Source of the DNA: Octopus sinensis
Lineage: Eukaryota
NCBI RefSeq assembly: GCF_006345805.1
Contig: NW_021827008.1
Coordinates: 1 to 11,214, forward strand
Direction of reading: 5' to 3'
DNA: 11,214 bases
The notes below the pieces were generated by a model, which saw nothing but the letters and a program-made list of their open reading frames with translations, had not been told where the DNA came from and searched no databases. A program made the translations under genes and the position numbers. Shown in pieces: positions 7,700-11,214 of this stretch (position 1 is the stretch's first letter; every line of letters starts with the position of its first letter).

Positions 7700-7855
7700 T
7701 TAAACTATCTTGATCGAGCAGACGTTCCAGGCATGAGCATTATGTCGACTTCTTAGAGTGAGCGTTTCTAGGGTCCCATTACAATGTTTCCTGCTCGCTT
7801 CAAAGACGTTAGAGTATAATTTCAGGAGAATGTAGCTGTTATTTCCAGCAGCTCT
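7700..7855 (+). mobile_element. Degenerate interspersed repeat (family D)
   Basis: TGATCGAGCAGAC..GTTCCAG.CATGA.CAT and TGTAGCTGTTATTTCCAGCAG resemble an abundant octopus repeat recalled from memory; weak match to 9068-9155. Confidence 0.35.
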
Positions 7856-8605
7856 ATCTACCTAACTCCATAGTTATTTGTCTCTCCCATCTTTATCTAT
7901 TTATCTGCTCATCCTCGTATCTATCGCTCCATCTATCTCCGCTTTCCTCTTTCTATTCCATCCCACCCAACGCTTCTTCCCTCCCCTACACACGCTTCTT
8001 TTCTCGCTAGTCCCTCGCAGTGTTAAAGGTCACTTCACAACAAGCGAAACTGCCGTCACAGTCCCCCCCCCCCCGCCGCTGCCAGCATCGAGCTTTTTAA
8101 CCACACGCCACCAACCCATCGCCTTACTCCGTGACGCAGTCGACATAACATAAGCATCTTCACCCACCGCCATCACCATTTAGGCTCATGTACTTCAACT
8201 GTGTAAGCAAGCAATAAGCCATCTCTCGAAGATTTATTTCTCCCTACGGAGATCCCCTTGTGTTGTTAGAGGTCGTTCAACAACATTTTAAGGTCTTGTC
8301 AAGTTTGTAAACTCCCTTCTCTTACCTCCTTTCTCTTTTGTCTACCCCGCTCCCTATCTCTCCCTCTCCCTCCTTCCTCTCCTTCGTTTGTTCTCGCTGT
8401 TCACACGCGCTCCTCTACATACATACACACTTCACACGTCTCGGCTCCTACTTCCATTTAATTGAACAGTCAGCAGGCAGATAGTCAGTCAGTCAATCCG
8501 CCATGTTTCTTTCTCCGTCTCTTTATCTTTAACTTTATCTTTATCTTTCAAGATGGGTCGTTTAGTAAATGTAAAAAGATCAAGAAAAGACGTGAAAAAG
8601 AGGCT

Positions 8606-8650
8606 AAATATAAATACAAATACAAATACAAATACAAATATAAATACAAA
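8606..8650. repeat. (AAATAC/AAATAT)n hexanucleotide repeat
   Basis: Directly visible; it produces the YKYK/NTNT runs in the ORF track. Confidence 0.9.
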
Positions 8651-8769
8651 CCTAAATAAAGCAAGAAGATCGCAAAACAAAAACGAAAAGAGAAGAAACA
8701 AAATGGCCGCTATTTCTTTTCTTCTGACGATTTTACAACAATTATGGTTTCTTTTTATAGTGAGACAAA

Positions 8770-8908
8770 AGAACAAATTTCGCAGGGTAGGGCTGGAATT
8801 GATGGCCTTCGACCTTAGTATATTACTGGTTCTTAAATTATAGAACCCCCTCCTTAAGGATGAAAGGATGACTCGACACAGATAAGATTAAATCACAGAA
8901 CAAAGACG
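8770..8908 (-). mobile_element. SINE family C fragment (highly diverged)
   Basis: CAAATTTCG, TTCGACC, ACTGGTTCTTAAATTATAGAACCCC, AAGGATGAAAGG, TCGAC and CAGAAC in the expected order. Confidence 0.55.
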
Positions 8909-9067
8909 TGCGTGTGTGCATGCGTGTGTGTATGCGTTTGTGTATGGGTGCGTATGCGTCTGATTGTGTATGAATGTATGTGGATGTAACCGGCAGATAA
9001 TACATTGGAGTCGTTTCTGCTTGTCTTCAAACCGTTGATCCTTCTCTTGTTTGTTTTTGTTGTTGAT

Positions 9068-9155
9068 TAACCTTAGTCGAAAACTGATTAACCAGGCCTA
9101 GCCTATAGATCTATGATAAAGAGATGTTCCAGTCGTGACCATCGCATCTTTTTAT
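9068..9155 (+). mobile_element. Fragment of interspersed repeat family D
   Basis: TAACCTTAGTC...GATCTATGATAAAGAGATGTTCCAGTCGTGACCATCGCATCTTTTT; partial similarity to 7700-7760. Confidence 0.35.
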
Positions 9156-9307
9156 ATATCAAACACTGCATTGATCTTCAGGCTCAAGAGGGAAGGTTAC
9201 TCGTCAGCTTTCATGTGTGTGTGTCTGAGTGTGTGTGAATGTATGTGTGTGCACGCGCGTGTGTGCGTACGTATATATATATATTATATTTATATATATA
9301 AACGTAT

Positions 9308-9536
9308 ATCTTTTATCTTGTATCTTTTACTTATTTCAGTCAATAGACTGCAGCCATGCTGCAGCGCCATCTTGAATGGTTTTCGTCGAACAAATCGACC
9401 CAGGATCTATCTTGTTTGAAGCCTAGTACTTATTTGATCGCTCTCTATTGCCGAACCGCTAAGTTACGGGGGACATAAACAGCAGCAAGGACACGCACAC
9501 ACAAACACACACATGCGTGCATAAATACACACACAT

Positions 9537-9623
<87 letters not shown>

Positions 9624-9680
9624 ATTCTTTCAGTTTCCACTTATTAAGCTTAGGTCGCCCCTTGACTATAATATAAGACT
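9308..9680 (-). mobile_element. SINE family B copy lacking its tRNA head
   Basis: GACTGCAGCCATGCTG, CAAATCGACCCAGG, GCCTAGTACTTAT, GCCGAACCGCTAAGTTACGGGG, an internal (CA)n(TA)n tract and TTCTTTCAGTTTCC. Confidence 0.8.
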
Positions 9681-9737
9681 CGAGTTGCCTTGTTGAGTAT
9701 ATGTACCGTACACGTGACCTAATTCCATAAATTACAT

Positions 9738-9779
<42 letters not shown>

Positions 9780-9913
9780 CAACACACACACACATAACAT
9801 ATACATATATATATATACATATATATATATTAATATATATATATAATAAACTCGGTTGTGGTGCTTTCTTGTATTATTATTATTATCACCATCATCATCA
9901 TCATCATCATCAT

Positions 9914-10372
9914 ATGTTTGACTTTTGATTTGTATTTGTACAAGTTGTCTCCAAGTCTCACCCAAATTAGAAGTTCTAATTGGTGTTATGGTTACGCTGC
10001 ACAAAGAATTGTTCTAGAGAATATTTAAGAAAACAAGAAAATTATTATAAGTTTGTTTTAAGATATGAGATTATATAGACAGTATTTTACGTAGGATATA
10101 GGCAGTTCCCATGAACAGTATTTTTTGAATTTCTGCCATTTTTAGATTTCCTAGTATCTGAGCTAGGTAGCAATCAGCCCATTTTCCTATCATTCCTAGG
10201 GCACCTATGACAACAGGTATCGTTTCTGTCTTGAGGTTCCATATTTTGCCAATTTCTATTTCAAGATCTTTATATTTGCTCAGCTTTTGGTAGGTCTTGA
10301 CAGATATATTTATGTCAAGTGGGACAGTCAAATCGATGAGGAGGCATGATTTTTGTCTGAAGTCCTTCAATA
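9914..10372 (-). mobile_element. 5'-truncated R4/Dong-type non-LTR retrotransposon, copy E2 (restriction-like endonuclease C-terminus plus 3' UTR)
   Basis: The open frame 10370-10071 reads KDFRQKSCLLIDLTVP...KLSKYKDLEIEIGKIWNLKTETIPVVIGALG...EIQKILFMGTAYILRKILSI*, typical of the RLE domain end. It is followed by about 155 nt of UTR and a (GAT)n(AAT)n tail at 9873-9912. Confidence 0.85.
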
Positions 10373-10386
10373 TATTATTATTATTA

Positions 10387-10785
10387 TTTTTTTTTTTCTT
10401 CTTTCAAATTTTCTTCCATTTCTTGCCGAGTGTCTTCCCGACTCCTAGGGCAAAGAAACTCATAGTGTATATTGGTAGGCCATTAAACCAAACTCAGTAG
10501 TTCGTTCATTTTTTTAATATATTTTTTTTAAGTTAAATTAAAATACATGAGCAGCAACAGTTCTCACATCGACAATGCTCTTCTCAATACGTGTGATGTA
10601 CCAGTTAAGACAATCTTTTGCACTTCTTGCAGGGATGGTAAGCCAGGGATCATTCTCATATAATTTTCGGTTCCCTTCTTGATCATTCCTAGTGCTCCTA
10701 CGATCACTGGTATTGTAACCGCCTTGAGATGCCACATTTTCTCAATTTCAATGAGTAGGTCTTTATATTTTCTAAGCTTGTCAAA
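10387..10785 (-). mobile_element. 5'-truncated R4/Dong-type non-LTR retrotransposon, copy E1 (missed by the ORF track)
   Basis: Manual translation of 10785-10564 gives FDKLRKYKDLLIEIEKMWHLKAVTIPVIVGALGMIKKGTENYMRMIPGLPSLQEVQKIVLTGTSHVLRRALSM* (74 codons, no internal stop). A 3' UTR, an A-run and (AAT)n follow. Confidence 0.85.
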
Positions 10786-10860
<75 letters not shown>

Positions 10861-10871
10861 TATTATTATTA

Positions 10872-10911
<40 letters not shown>

Positions 10912-10966
10912 ATTTATTATTATTGTTGTTGTTGTTGTTGTTATTGTTGTTGTTGTTGTTGTTGTT

Positions 10967-11005
<39 letters not shown>

Positions 11006-11041
11006 ATTGTTGTTGTTGTTGTTATTATCATCATCATTATT
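10786..11041. repeat. Compound (ATT)n/(GTT)n/(ATC)n trinucleotide microsatellite
   Basis: Directly visible; source of the poly-Leu ORFs. Confidence 0.95.
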
Positions 11042-11042
11042 A

Positions 11043-11183
11043 AGGTGGCTAGCTGACAGAATCGTTAGCACGCAGCATTTTTCCTGTCTCTACGTTCGTC
11101 AACATTGTCTTTCATCCTTTTGAGGTTGATGTAAGGACTTACCCCTGTCTCGAAACTATTGACTCTGTACCAAAATTTGAAAT
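11043..11183 (+). mobile_element. SINE family C copy with internal deletions; a further head starts near 11191
   Basis: AGCTGACAGAATCGTTAGCACG, TCTTTCATCCTTTTGAGGTTGAT and TACCAAAATTTGAAA; then GAACTGGCAGAATCATT at the window end. Confidence 0.7.
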
Positions 11184-11214
11184 AGTTATCACTGAACTGG
11201 CAGAATCATTTGCG

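Noticed and set aside
8462-8843. Lys-rich ORFs and a polypyrimidine tract before AAG|ATG at 8553
   Set aside because: The ORFs are driven by A-rich and hexamer repeats and run into a SINE fragment; no donor or homology support.
9150-9215. CTGACGAG and CTGAAGA on the minus strand as a second hammerhead core
   Set aside because: No stem II closure and no downstream GAAA/NUH arrangement.
10538-10735. ORF-track peptide MASQGGY...
   Set aside because: Wrong frame; the meaningful frame is the RLE C-terminus at 10785-10564.
10679-11123. Poly-Leu ORFs resembling signal or transmembrane segments
   Set aside because: They are translations of (TTA)n/(TTG)n repeats.

Overview
Eukaryotic, AT-rich, repeat-saturated DNA with no confidently identifiable host gene. 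The SINE families and microsatellite load resemble coleoid cephalopod (Octopus-like) genomes; this is recognised from memory, not from a search. The window holds about 16 copies or fragments of tRNA-derived SINEs from three or four families and an RTE-clade LINE 3' end with a C2H2 finger. It also holds two different 5'-truncated R4/Dong-type non-LTR retrotransposons with open reading frames, stacked in (TAA)n-type repeats, plus many microsatellites. Most ORFs in the supplied track are microsatellite or SINE artefacts. The most notable signals lie in an AT-rich island at 5.86-6.5 kb. One is a type I hammerhead ribozyme motif (6245-6332) with the palindromic stem III of Penelope/retrozyme-type minimal hammerheads, a long stem II and one extra A in the core. 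The other, about 240 bp upstream, is a near-perfect 143-nt foldback with a GAAA loop.
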